Source of the DNA: Camelus dromedarius
Taxonomy: Eukaryota
Reading direction: 5' to 3'
Assembly (NCBI RefSeq): GCF_036321535.1
Contig: NC_087437.1
Coordinates: 94,676,001-94,740,000, forward strand
DNA: 64,000 nucleotides
Every line of letters starts with the position of its first letter. The stretch's first letter is position 1. The notes under the pieces are model-generated. The model had not been told where the DNA came from and did no database searches. It worked only from the letters and a program-made list of their open reading frames with translations. Below are positions 52,196-64,000 of the stretch, piece by piece. The translations under genes were made by a program, and so were the position numbers.

Positions 52196-54878
52196 TCTAC
52201 AGGTATCAGCTTTTCCACTTCTGCCAGTGGTATCCTCAGTCCACCTGACTACGTTTCCTCTCAGAGACTCCTTTCCTGGTGGTCCCAATCTGAATTGTAG
52301 CTCTGGGGCCCTCTAAGAAGCATAGAATTTCTCTGAATTAAGTAGACTATGTTATTATCTTCAGGGTTACTGGCAGGTAATTATTTTGACTGATTCCCTG
52401 GAATTGAAGCATAGATCTTTCCACGACTGGGACTTTGCCATTGTTCTGGAACTGGCATGGATGTGTACTCTTCTGGCTAATAAATTGTAAAAATCCCATT
52501 GTAGATGACGAAGTACTGACTTTAGTCTACCCCAATGGACTGCTGAGCATCCTGCTGCTTGGGGTCCACTCCCCAGTAGACTCAGTCCTTCCAGCACCAT
52601 GTTGTTGCCTTTCTCACCTCCTCAAATCTATCTCCCTTGTTCTCATCACACTATTATGTTAACGAGCTGTATGTGCCCCAACAACCCCCAGGATACCATG
52701 CAGCTTCCCCTGATCCTCCAACTAAGAGGCACCTTTCCCATATCAACACTCTAGACTCATATCCAGATTATGTCACTTATTTTGCCCTTTAATAATGTAT
52801 TTGTTGACTATCTGAATTTCCATAGTAGATTTGGAGACACAAACTATGTCTTCCTGTGTTTAGGACCATGTTTTGAATATAGTCAGTCCTGAATAAATAA
52901 ATATTGAATAAGTAAATCAAAGAATAGGCAAATGCAAACATTATATTAAGAATATTCTTTAAATACATATCTCTTTTGTAAGAACAAGGAACTACAAAGC
53001 TAAGTTCACTGCCTAAAGCTAACCTGCTGGTATATTTTAATTCTTCTGGCTGCATGTGACCTTAAAATGCTAGTCCACTGAAAGCTATTGGAGAGGATGA
53101 CAGACTCTCTCCAGGAATGAAATTTAAACCATTTTTGACTATCAAAGCCTGAAAAAAGATAGGTTAGGCATACTTTCTATTAATATGACTCTGAAAAAGT
53201 AGAATACGTGCCCAACCATTATTCCAAGGCAGTGTTTTTAAATAACTTCTAAATATCAAATTTTTTTCATGAAAGAAATTTTAAAATCTTAAGTTTGAGA
53301 TGCTGAATATTGAAATTAAGCAGTAATACCAATAAAGTATTTTACAGGTGTTCAATGCTTGTGTATCAATTGACAGCTTATAGAACAACTAATCATTTTA
53401 TGCATGGTTACTTAAAATGTGCATGTATCACATGGTTCAAAATAGTATCAAATTTATATTTTAATGGCTGTCCCTCCAAAAGAAGTGAAATTCAAATACT
53501 ATGAACTTCTCTTTAAAAATGAATTGCTTACTTTCATTGGTCAATGTCATTAAGTACCTAGAGATAGGTTAACTCTTTCTAAAGAGAGAGAGTCTTACAT
53601 TTCATTTTACTTCTAACATTTCCATGTGCAAGCATGTCTAAGCTGTAAGAATACTTATTTTATTCAATTTTTTTTTATCCAGGTATCTGTGAAGTTTCAG
53701 ATTCTTAACTAGAGACTCATTTACATATTCCACAAGGGACTAACATATTTGTAGCTGTCATTGGAATTAGGTGATAAATTCAGCTGAGACATGCACCTTT
53801 ATACACTGAAGGGACAAGCTTTGAATTTCCCCCCAAAAGGCTCCACGACAAGTACTTTTGCTTTTTTTCCACTTTTAAAAAAGCCCTTTCTATTCCCATC
53901 ACTTTTTTATGTAGTTCTTCAACAGCTAACTGAGACTTGCTCTAGTTTTTAACACAAACTTGTGATATAATTACTAAATTTAAAAAAATAAGAATGATAG
54001 TCCTATTAAATATAGTCAATATGAAATAAAAAGCCAATTAAAACCCCAGATGGAAGTGATCCATGGGAGAAAATAGCATAAATGGATGAGGGTAATCAGC
54101 TGATTGGTTTATAGATCTAAAGATCCCCAGAGGGTGTTTTAAATCCACACATTGTGGCTCAGAATGCTGAATGTTGCATTTGGGAGCTTTTATTGAACTA
54201 AAAGATCCTTAGAAGGCCATGTTCCCTCTTGGCTATGTAGCTAAGGAAGACTCAAAAGTAAGTTAATTCACCCAGGGTCTGGAATAAATTGCACACAATA
54301 AATTCACTTCAGAAGACCTTCCTCAAATAAACTGGAAGCTACCCCATTATAAATACTGAAGATCAGCTACAAAGCTATAATATGAGGGAAAAGGCAGAAT
54401 TTTAGTGGCTCAGTATTTGACAATGTATTTATTGTTCTCTGTAGAATTGTAGTCATTCTGTGTGTATCTGCAGACTACAGAATGATACAGCTCCCCTGAC
54501 TAGCTAAGCTCGCAAAGTATGACAATAGGGAAATATTTGTGGTTTGTTACTCCCCTTCTCTTTAAGTTGTTCAGAATGAATAACACAGTTTTCCAAGTGT
54601 TGTAAAAGAGATCATAATCCAGAGATCATCTGCTACTCATATTCTGCGTCAGCAGCAAGACAAATAAAAAATATAACAAGGAGACAGGAGACCTAGTCAA
54701 GGGGCACATAGCTTACATATAGGATCAAAAACATATTTCATATTTTAACCTTGAAATGTAATACTTTAAGCCTGAAGCAAATTGAAGCAGACATCATTGG
54801 CTTTGATTCTTGCTAGTTACAAAGACTGAACAATTATTTTTTTTTAATAGAGATGAGGGAGTTAGGATTTACTTGTCT

Positions 54879-55128
54879 GTTGGGAGTTCAAGATTTGCAG
54901 ATACTAATATATATATATATATAAAACAGATAAATAAAGAGTTCATATCATATAGCACAGGGAACCATATTCAATATCTTATAGTAACTTACGGTGAAAA
55001 AGAACATGAAAATGAATATATGTATGTTCATGTATAACTGAAGTATTGTGCTGTACACCAGAAATTGACACAACATTGTAAATTGACTATAGTTCAATAA
55101 ACTATATATACACATATACAGAAAAAAA
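54879..55128 (+). mobile_element. Young L1 3' UTR end
   Basis: ttgggagttcaagatttgcagatac...gcacagggaaccatattcaatatct...gctgtacaccagaaattgacacaacattgtaa...caataaa; similar to reverse complement of 4605-4810. Confidence 0.9.
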
Positions 55129-55154
55129 TTAAAGTTTAGTATTTAATATAACTC

Positions 55155-55558
55155 TATTTTAGTCTGTTTAGGCTGCTATAACAAAACACCACGGACTGAG
55201 TGGCTTAAACAAGAGATATTTATATTCTCATTTATGGAGGCTGGAAGGCCCAAGATCACGGTGCTGGCAAATTGATTTGATTTTGATAGCTCTCTTTCTG
55301 GCTTGCAGATGGCCACCTGCCATCTGAGTACCACTGTGTACTCAAATGACCTCTCTGTGCACTAGCAAGAGGCAGAGAGAGAGCAAGCTCTCTGCTGTCT
55401 TTTCCTATAAGGACACTAATCCTATTGGATCAAGGACCCACCCACAGGACCTCATTTAATCTGAATTGCTTCCCTACAGGCCCCATACAAATACAGTCAC
55501 TGAAAGTTATGGTTTGACATCTGAATTTGGTGGGGACACAAACGTTTAGTTCGTAAGA
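55155..55558 (-). mobile_element. MaLR solo LTR (MLT1A/B-like)
   Basis: ttagtctgtttaggctgctataacaaaacaccacggactgagtggcttaaaca...ggaggctggaag...tataaggacactaatcc...gaatttggtggggacacaaac. Confidence 0.9.
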
Positions 55559-56044
55559 GCCTGTAAATATATTATTTTATTCTCCTATATTTTCTTAATC
55601 CTCAGTATTTATGTATTACCATTTACACCTTATACTACTTCAAAAACCCAAGTATTTTGTTTCTATGTATGCATTTGTATTTTAGTCTTCTGTACTTTTA
55701 TATGAATTCAAAATTTCCTAAGCTAGGTTTTTATTTACTAGGGATAACTGGCTTTTCTTATCTACTTTCTTTTCTCTTTTGCTTCATTTTTCATCTTCTA
55801 ACGTAAATGAAATGTATCTATACAATGGATGCTTTAATTTCTTTTATATGTCTCTAAATTCTCTACAAGAGACATTGGCTTAAATTCATTTGAAACTTCC
55901 AATTCTGTCTCTTTAGAAATAGATATTCAAATATGTTTCCAGAAGACATATCTTGCAGATTGATTAAGTATTTCTTTCCACTGAATATAAATCATAACCT
56001 TCTGTTGAAGAAATAGAGAAGGTGAGAAGTAATTATTACGGTAC

Positions 56045-56262
56045 ATTAGAAAAAATTGGGATATCAATCCCAAGTTTGCCACTTGGGTGATGAATGACCT
56101 TGGGCTGGTCATTGAGCCCACTGAGTTTCTGTTTCCATATCAGAAAAACGTGGAAGTTATATAATAATTGTCCTACCCATGCTTATGGTTGTGGCAAGGA
56201 CAAAATGAAACAATGTATATTAAAAATATCACACAAAATGAGTTAGTGTTCAAAGAAGCAAT
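56045..56262 (+). mobile_element. MIR SINE
   Basis: caatcccaagtttgccactt...tgaccttgggctggtca...ctgagtttctgtttccatatcagaaaa...ataattgtcctacc...ggttgtggcaagga. Confidence 0.8.
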
Positions 56263-57299
56263 TAAACATAAGAATAGGTTTATTTATTTTCCTTTTCTTC
56301 AAAAGAAATATAAACACGGAAAATATAAAATACAAACTTCTATGTGTTCAAAAAATTAAGCATGGCAAGATTCTCTCCTCCATTTATCAGGTCTTAAAAT
56401 TTTTCCTCTTATATTTTTAATTTATATTTTACCTACATTTACCTAATTTTCAAATTTAGCAACTGTATGTAAAATTTTTAGAACTATCAATTTAATCAAT
56501 TATTTTTGGTGAAGTATTTCATTTTACTCTAACAAATTTAGGGATTATAAGTAACATACTTTTTTTGGTATGACTGTGGCCTTGCTATAATAGCATTGTA
56601 TTAGAAAGAGACTAGAGATCTGCACATTTAAGACTTCCCTCGCACCAAAAAAAAACTCTTTAAAATTTGCAAAAAGTAAAGGACCGTGAAAATGGTCACC
56701 TGTTGACTAAACAAAATCTAACAGTTTAATAAACTTTTCTGAAAAGTTTGCTCACTCACCCACAGATGGCACAACAATGTAGCAAACAGAAGACAGGCAT
56801 GTTCTCATTGTACTTGGGAAAATCAAAGCAAAGGAATATCCAAAGGGCTACCTTTGTGAGGATTATATGAAGTCAGAGCAAGGAGAGTCGGGAAAGGGAA
56901 GAAGCCACTTCTGGTTACTTTTCTTCTTTTCTGTGGATTTTGGTAGTCTGGATCCAGGCACTTTCTAGGTATTGAAATATATTGAGAATTATACTCAGAC
57001 TGGAAGCTTGGTGTTCAATAATTACTATGAGCTGACTTTTCCCAAAATGTGTAAGGGAAGTTGCTTGTGTAAGTGGACCAAAGGGACTTCACACATGGAA
57101 CTTATTTGGGTTTTCCCATATTGTGTTCTTTCTACATGGGGAATTCAGATTTCTACATGACTAAGGATTTGCAGATTTTCCTCAGCTTGCTGTAGTTTAA
57201 AGCAGAGAGAAGAAATAAAAGAGACAATAGCTTCATGAATTGAGTTTTGTGGCTCTCTTGTGTCTTGATATTAACCTGTGTGATTGGTTTAAGGCATGT

Positions 57300-57918
57300 T
57301 AATTTTGATGACGCATGCAGGATACAAGATTTTCGGCTGTGTTTCCCACCATTTAGTTTGCCCTATGAGCTGTGAAAACTCACTTCTGTGATTGTTACGA
57401 TATGAATTCACAGGGTGTTTGAAGGGATGACTTATGCAAAATTGGTGTGTTCTTGCAAAGTTTTGCATGGATTAAACATCTATTAATGAAATCACATTAA
57501 AAAGCGCACAGGAGCTGATACCACTGAAGGTGTTGCTTCTGTGAGTCCTCATGAAAAAAAACATAAGCCTTCAGTTAGGTAAACAACTAACCAATATTTT
57601 AGTCTTTTGTGGGATATCTAAGTGCTTAAAAGCAGGACCCACCTGTGTTTAATTTTTTTCTGGATAAGAAAGGAGCAGAAACAGTGGAAGTGGATTGAAA
57701 TAGCTAAAGTCAGAACAGGTCGTTTAAAGCACACTCTGACATCAGAGTCGGATGTGGGGGAGGAGTGAGGACAGCAGGGCCAGACAAGCTGCAAAGGCCG
57801 CCTGAGGGAGAGAGCAGCGTGGATGGATGCCTGCAGCTCCGGAACAAGTTCCTGTGGTTGGAGCAAGCCTGGATCCGGAATAACAGCCTCACACCTGGCA
57901 GAGTCTTGGGAGGTTGGT
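57300..57918 (+). promoter_or_regulatory. Candidate enhancer or alternative promoter
   Basis: Local rise in GC and CpG, no recognisable TE, palindrome ACTCTGACATCAGAGT with CRE-like core, C/EBP-like TTATGCAA, possible donor GAG|GTTGGT at 57912/57913. Confidence 0.35.
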
Positions 57919-58499
57919 TTGTGGGAGCTCCGAGCCTCCAGATAACTCTGTCACCAATCCTTGCGCTGGGCATTAAGAGCAGAGTTTCTGTTTCCGTGAA
58001 TTGCAGACACAATAGACTCTTTTCATGTGCAGATGGTAGTAATAGCCTCTATCACTCGCCTAAGAATTTGCAAATATTTCTAGAAAGCTGTTTTCCATGA
58101 AGTCTCTCGTGATCCTGGCAGAGTCTCAAGGACTTTATGGTATGAATGAGTTTATCAGGTCACTATGAAATATTCACTGACCATCTGGTTGTGGGAAAAG
58201 ACGAAGGAAAGGCAAAGAGAAAAGTGCAGAAAAGAAAGGAATTATACGTCATTCACCACCTCCGTCCGGCGTTCTTTGTATGCAGGGAGTGCTTGGCACC
58301 AGACAGGCATAATCAGTCGCTGTCTACTTCCATGAAATGCATAGCCTCTTAAAAGAGAGCAATATTAAACTAACAAACACATAATACTTAATCACAAACT
58401 GGGACAAGAGTGGAACGTGTTGATCAGGGAAGGCCTCTGAGGAAGCGATACTTAGTCTGGGGTTTGCACAGTAATGTGCACTTACTGTGTAGCTGCTAT

Positions 58500-58640
58500 T
58501 ACCCACATTCAGTGTCCATCATCATCATCTATATTTTCTAGAAGGAGAGGCAAGTGGTCGAGAGGTCGTAAGACTGTCCAAGGTCACACGTTCTAGTAAA
58601 CAACGAATCTGAACCAGGCACCCGTTTTACTGAGCTTAGC
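58500..58640 (-). mobile_element. MIR fragment
   Basis: gagaggtcgtaagactgtccaaggtcacacgttctagtaa...tctgaaccaggca. Confidence 0.6.
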
Positions 58641-59289
58641 CAGGGCTCACTGTTGCCTCACAGCGGAAGGGGAAAAGACAGCAGCTGGCAAGTCACCAGA
58701 GCAGGGAAATCTGAAGATCGACTTCCAGCCCTCAGTCCTGCAGAGAACCGCTGGGCCCTCAAGGGTACCTGATATCAGAGCGTCATCGCAGCTGGTACCA
58801 TTGGTTAGAAGCTACCAGGACTTTACATGTGGCCTGAAAACGTGCTTACTTTAAGCAGAGAATTGCTGTGGGTGGCCCCCTGAGCCAGAGGTCACCTAGA
58901 GCTGGAAATTCCCTTATCCCATTCAAACCGAGTCAGCCTTTATCTCATTTTGATAGACCAAGGACAGTGAGTCAAGAGGAAAAAAAAAGTTTAACATATT
59001 ATATATGACACTTCCTATATGTAAATTTTTTTAATTGTGTTCAGCTATTTAGGATAATTACACCTAATCACATAATTCCTGTAAATTGGTGAAGTGACAT
59101 AATTTAGATGTTTAACAAGAGACGTAGATTAAATAATTATAACATATAGCTGTAATATATGGATAATGATGGGCAAATTTTAAACTTTGCAAAATAGTGT
59201 AATTTGAGCCTTCGTGGAAATGTGTCTCACCATTTCTGTTTCCTATTTCTGACCAAGTGCAGCAGCTTTGAAAACTCCATAATGTAAAC

Positions 59290-60490
59290 TTTAGGGCTTC
59301 CCTCTGTTTCTAGGATATCCTAAATATAGAGTATGCTTAAGAGATGAATGTGGTTTTAGCCTCTAACCAGGAATCTAATGTGAAATGAACTGCCTCAGAA
59401 AGAATTCAGGACTCCACCTGTTTCTTGAGTGAAGTGACCATTGAGAAGACTGAAAACTGCAGAAATCAATGGTGACTTTGACCCAGGAGCTCTCATTCTT
59501 GTATTAATTCTTAAGTCGTATAACGCATGCTTATCCACGGCCCTTATGTGTCCTGTGACACATACACCTGCTGAGGGCTGGACATTCCATAGAAAGCAGA
59601 GTCCAAAGGAACCAAGAAGAGAGAAGGGGTGTGTAAGTAGGGCACAGCCAACATTGCTAAGTCTTCCCAAGAGAGCAAGATAAGTCTTTCAATAGGGAGC
59701 TAACGTTGGTGACTTTCATGAGCACTTACAGTGGCGTGGTGAATGCCTAGCCAGAGGGACGAGGCTGGGAGGCAAGTCAGAGGTGCAATGGTGACAGCGC
59801 TTCTTTTAAGAAGTTTCGTAGTGAAGCAGAAGAGTGAAGTCAGGAAAGGGGGTGTTGAACTTAAGGGAGGCTGCTGTCCTCCCACACCCCCAATGGGACC
59901 GGTGGATTTGAATCCTGATGGGAAGTATACTTTAAGTAGAAGTAAAGACGCAAGTTGATAGACTCAGTGGAGGAGGTTGGTGGCACTTTCATGTGATGGC
60001 TTCTATTTGTTTATAAAGTTAAATTCCTCTGATAATAGAGCAAAGAGATGAGGAGCCAAGACTTCAGACTGAGTGGCAGATGGCAGGCAGTTTTAACCAC
60101 GAGGAATAGGAGTAGGAGCTAGCACAGAATTGCATTTGCTTGTCCTCATTCAGGGTCAAGTTCAGGTTGTTGACAATGACTTTTGTGTGGATGTGCAGGT
60201 GTGAAAGCCAAGACCTAGACTGAGAGACAGTTATGGGTTTGCCAAGCAGGTGAGAAAGCATATCCAGAATACTGGTGAAGGGGGGTTATGGTCATGGATG
60301 AGCCTTGGACTTTAATCAGGAGAGGAGAGGAAGTGAAGCAAGGAGGGTGCCAAGAGATAAGAAGATGTAAAAGATTCTAAGGATGGGAAATTCTGATGCA
60401 ATCCAAATTCAAGTACATTTGGAAATTGAGTGATGGAACTGAAATGTGAAGAGGCTGTAGTTAGAGTGAAGAATGACTGAATGAGTGTAT
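59290..60490 (-). mobile_element. Long diverged L2
   Basis: gttggtgactttcatgagcacttacagtggcgtggtgaatgcctagccaga...ttttaagaagtttcgtagtgaag purine-rich antisense L2 pattern. Confidence 0.6.
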
Positions 60491-63197
60491 TATTTCAGAA
60501 TTCAGCCAGAACCAAAGTTGCCCCCGGGGGTGAGGACAGAAGATAGCTCCTGAGCAGCACTGCTGCTAAGACGACTGACTCCCATGGCTTTTAGGGTTGT
60601 ATCAGATACTGCAGTGTATCCTCAGTCAATTCCTTAGAAAAGAAAAACACACTCAGGAGGTGTACGTGTTTACTAAAGGTGTGAAACTAAAGTTAAGTTT
60701 TTTGACATATGATTATCATAAATAGCTGTAAAAATATTTTGTACAGGTTTTTGATGCCAACACCTTTTTCAAATAATAAAATTATTTTATGTCAAAAAAA
60801 ATGTGGTTAAGAGTCAAAGCTGTACAAAAACTGGATTGATTAATCCCTGCAGATTGTGACCACAGCTGCTCCACACTGCCACCTAGACAGAAAAACAGTG
60901 GCCTATTCATCTCTGATTCTCAACAGGCAGAAGCTAGATAATAAAAGATCAATTAGTCAGAAAATAAGTAAATAAGTAATTAAAGCTGAAATTAGAAGAA
61001 AGGAAAAAAATCCAAGTATGATAAATGTATGTGAGTGGCCTGAGGGAAGAATAATTAGTTTTTAAACTAAACGAAGATATTTCTGGAAAGTGGTAATAAT
61101 GTTTAAATGATAAAACCAAAACCATTGTGAGAGCATCACTGAAAAAGAGAATATATAATAAAATTGCAACAAAATACATAAATATCAATGACTTAGAATT
61201 TCTCTTTCCTTGAATTTAATAATTCACTATATTTAAAGTGAACATAGGTCTATTTTTTAACCTTTGTTATATTTTAATCTTTCAGATTTTGGATTATGGT
61301 TCCGATGATAAAAACCGCTTCTTGGCAAATGATCACAAAAGTGATTATCATTTTTATTATAAAATTGATATTGGAACTTTCAACCTGTCAGTCAGAATAA
61401 TAAAAGGAATATCAGGGTAGATATGTGGGTTTACACATATATGTGTTTGCACATACATGCGTGAATTTGCACGTGTCCATGCCTTGTGCCTGTGCGTGTG
61501 TCTATGCGCAGGCCTAGGACTCAGTGACTCTGGGACCTTTGCAGAGTTAGCAGTCATGATTTAATTATATACACTTTAATTATATGGCCTTCCAAGTCAA
61601 ATTTGTTTAGTAACTATAACCATGTAATTTTCATTTGTATCTGAATCATGGTGTGTACTCTGAGGATAGCCCATGTAAAAATGACTTCCTGAAAGTTATA
61701 AAATCATTGGTATTATCAGTGAGCAAACTAAAGATAATTTTAAAAGATAGCATTGCCAGTCTTCCCTACATTTCTTTCTTTCTTTTTATTTCATGACCAC
61801 GTTGAATACAAGGCAAGAAAGGAGCGAAGTGCTTATTTGAACAGAGTGTTGTGAGTCACATATAGAAAAGGAGAGAAGTCCCCAAAGCTTCTGTGTTTCA
61901 GGGGCTGGCCAAGGAAAGCCATCACACCTAAGACTGGAGCAGGAGGAGCCGCACGGCTGGTCTTATTCTTGGCTCTGTGTTTCACTTAACGATATTGTCT
62001 CCTCTGAGTGGCTGAGGAAAAGAGCGGCTCTCCCCTATTCTGATAGCTCATTTGGAACATATAAAAGCCTTCCTCATCAGGTTGAGAAAATTACATCACT
62101 GATAAGTCAACCTTCTGAACCCTTTTGTATTCGAGCCTCCAGATAGAAAATGTGGCAGTTTTAGGCATTAAGACTATTTTGGATTCTTTTGAATCCCTCT
62201 AAGAGCAATTGAGTCCGATGCGATGGGTTTTTCCCTTATCTCCTGGACTATGAAGAGTTCTTTTATCATCCCAGCATTTGAGTTGGCAGAGTCCCTGGAA
62301 TAGGTCAGAAAAAGCTCCTACAGAGATTTTTATATTGTTAGCATTGTTAGCTAAATTAATCCTTTTGCCTAGATTTTTTTTTCCCCTGAAGAGAAATTTT
62401 GTAAAGTTAATTGGAGTCTCAGGAAAAGAACTAACAGAAGGCAGAACTTCAGCTGGGTCAAGCAGGCATGTTATCTCAAAACCAAAAAGATGAATTATGA
62501 GGGAGGATAGTTGGTTTTAAACGCAATTAAAGCCTGAAAGAAAACTTAATTTCATCTGGTCCATTCCTTTTCCCACCAGATAAGACAGTTCATGAACATT
62601 TGGAGAGGAAATAATTTTTTTATCTTATTATTCAGGATCTGCAGTGAGAGGAATTATATAACCTTTCATAAAATCTCTTGGTTATTAAGTATTTTGCTCA
62701 GTACCCTCTCCTCTTCTCTAGCTTAAATATCATGTTCTGAAATTGTATACAATTTTTGCCTAGTCTCTCCTGTAAGAAACAGGAGAACAAAAATTACTCT
62801 TTTTTCATTGTGGATTGTTAGCCATCCTCTTTATAATAACCGTAAGCACAGTCTTGACCCTGGAAACATCTTCAGTATACAGTTTTTTGAAAACTGTTTT
62901 ATTGTCCTTCTCACATATACAGTTTCATTTATCCATTAAAGTTTCCTTCTTGCATTGTTTACATACTGTGTCTTAGATACACATGATTTTTCATTTCTTA
63001 CTAAATTGTTAAATATTAAACTTGTATTTTAGTGTAGCTATTGTATGTTTGTCCCATTATTATACACTGAACTAAATCTCTTTAGGAAGTGAACATACAT
63101 TTTAAAATTTATACTTATATTTGGATTTATGACGTTAATTTGTGTCCTACGCATCCTCTGCTGAACTTGTTCAGAAAGGATAATCTGTTACCAAATT

Positions 63198-63216
63198 TGG
63201 CCACTAGATGGCAATG
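63198..63216 (+). promoter_or_regulatory. CTCF core motif
   Basis: TGGCCACTAGATGGCAATG fits the CTCF core CCASYAGRKGGC at all 12 positions. Confidence 0.65.
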
Positions 63217-64000
63217 CTCTGCCTTTGCAAGCTGCTACCTTGCTTAAAAGAGAAAAATTATTTTTAATTAAAAAAAAATCATTTTTCTTAACCAATAAAC
63301 TTACAGTGAGTTTTAATATTGACCAATATCTTATATTGCTTAGAGAAATAATAAAAAGTTAAAAGATGACACAACAAATAAGTATACTTTTTCTATACTA
63401 ACATTTTTATCCCTCCAACTTTATAGTAAATGCAGGAAATGTAGAATTTGACACTGAATTTAAAAATTTTCAGCCTTGCCAATCTCCATTAGTGTTTTCT
63501 AAAGAAAAAAGAAAGCTTATCCTTTCCCTTTTTCAGTTTTAAGTAGCTATTGATCCCAGAGTTAAAAATTTAAGTTACTTAATAAGCCCCAGTTATGCAG
63601 ATTTATCTGTCAACTTCTTTTCATAGAAGGTATTTGCTTGCTTTTATTCTTTTAGCTTCCTGTAACAAGTCTTAAGGTCAAATATAATTTTTTGTTTGTG
63701 TCATCTTTACCTGACTCTTTGGTTCCACTGGAAATATTTTTTAGAGAGGACATTAATTTTTATGTAACACAAAGGTGCATAATAAGAAATTTCTATTATT
63801 TAAAAAAAAAGATGGACATTTCATTCCTTTCAAATTAGGATTCATTGTAAAGTATATCAAAAGAAATATTGGAAATATTTGTCTTAGTTCATTCAACTGT
63901 AAGTTGTCCTTATATGGACAAATGAAGGGTGGCAATTGCAACACAGTCAGTTAGTTTAGGCTATGACTTGTCCATCAGATACCACAATGCTTTGGAATAA

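Noticed and set aside
61272..61422. Internal coding exon ILDYGSDDKNRFLAND...
   Set aside because: Good acceptor but weak donor (GG|GTAGAT), AT-rich intron-like composition, peptide not recognised
1..64000. Prokaryote-style systems (CRISPR array, operon, defence island) or an intact retroviral/L1 coding unit
   Set aside because: Sequence is mammalian repeat-rich non-coding DNA; no repeat-spacer arrays and no ORF above 186 aa

Overview
AT-rich, CpG-depleted mammalian genomic DNA with no CpG island. It is most likely camelid (alpaca/llama/camel), because it carries two tRNA-derived SINEs of the Vic-1 type. No complete protein-coding gene, rRNA, true tRNA or CRISPR array is supported; the listed ORFs are L1 ORF2 C-terminal remnants or chance frames, several inside repeats. 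The window is a mosaic of L1, L2, MIR, MaLR (MLT1), ERV1 LTR and hAT-Charlie remnants plus microsatellites. At ~19-20.6 kb it looks like the 5' end of a large + strand gene I cannot name: a non-CpG promoter-like block with a perfect RFX X-box, a (CT)n tract and a splice donor, then a candidate exon encoding a signal-peptide-like N-terminus. A second promoter-like block lies near 57.7 kb and a strong CTCF motif near 63.2 kb. The best-supported oddities are a 1.5-kb ERV transcript apparently retroposed by L1 machinery into an old L2 (no U5, A-rich tail, 13-bp TSD, hairpin before the PPT) and a fold-back repair junction that captured a piece of L1. I see no convincing evidence of a new multi-gene biological system. 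Repeat family names are from recalled consensus patterns, not a database search, and old-repeat boundaries are approximate.
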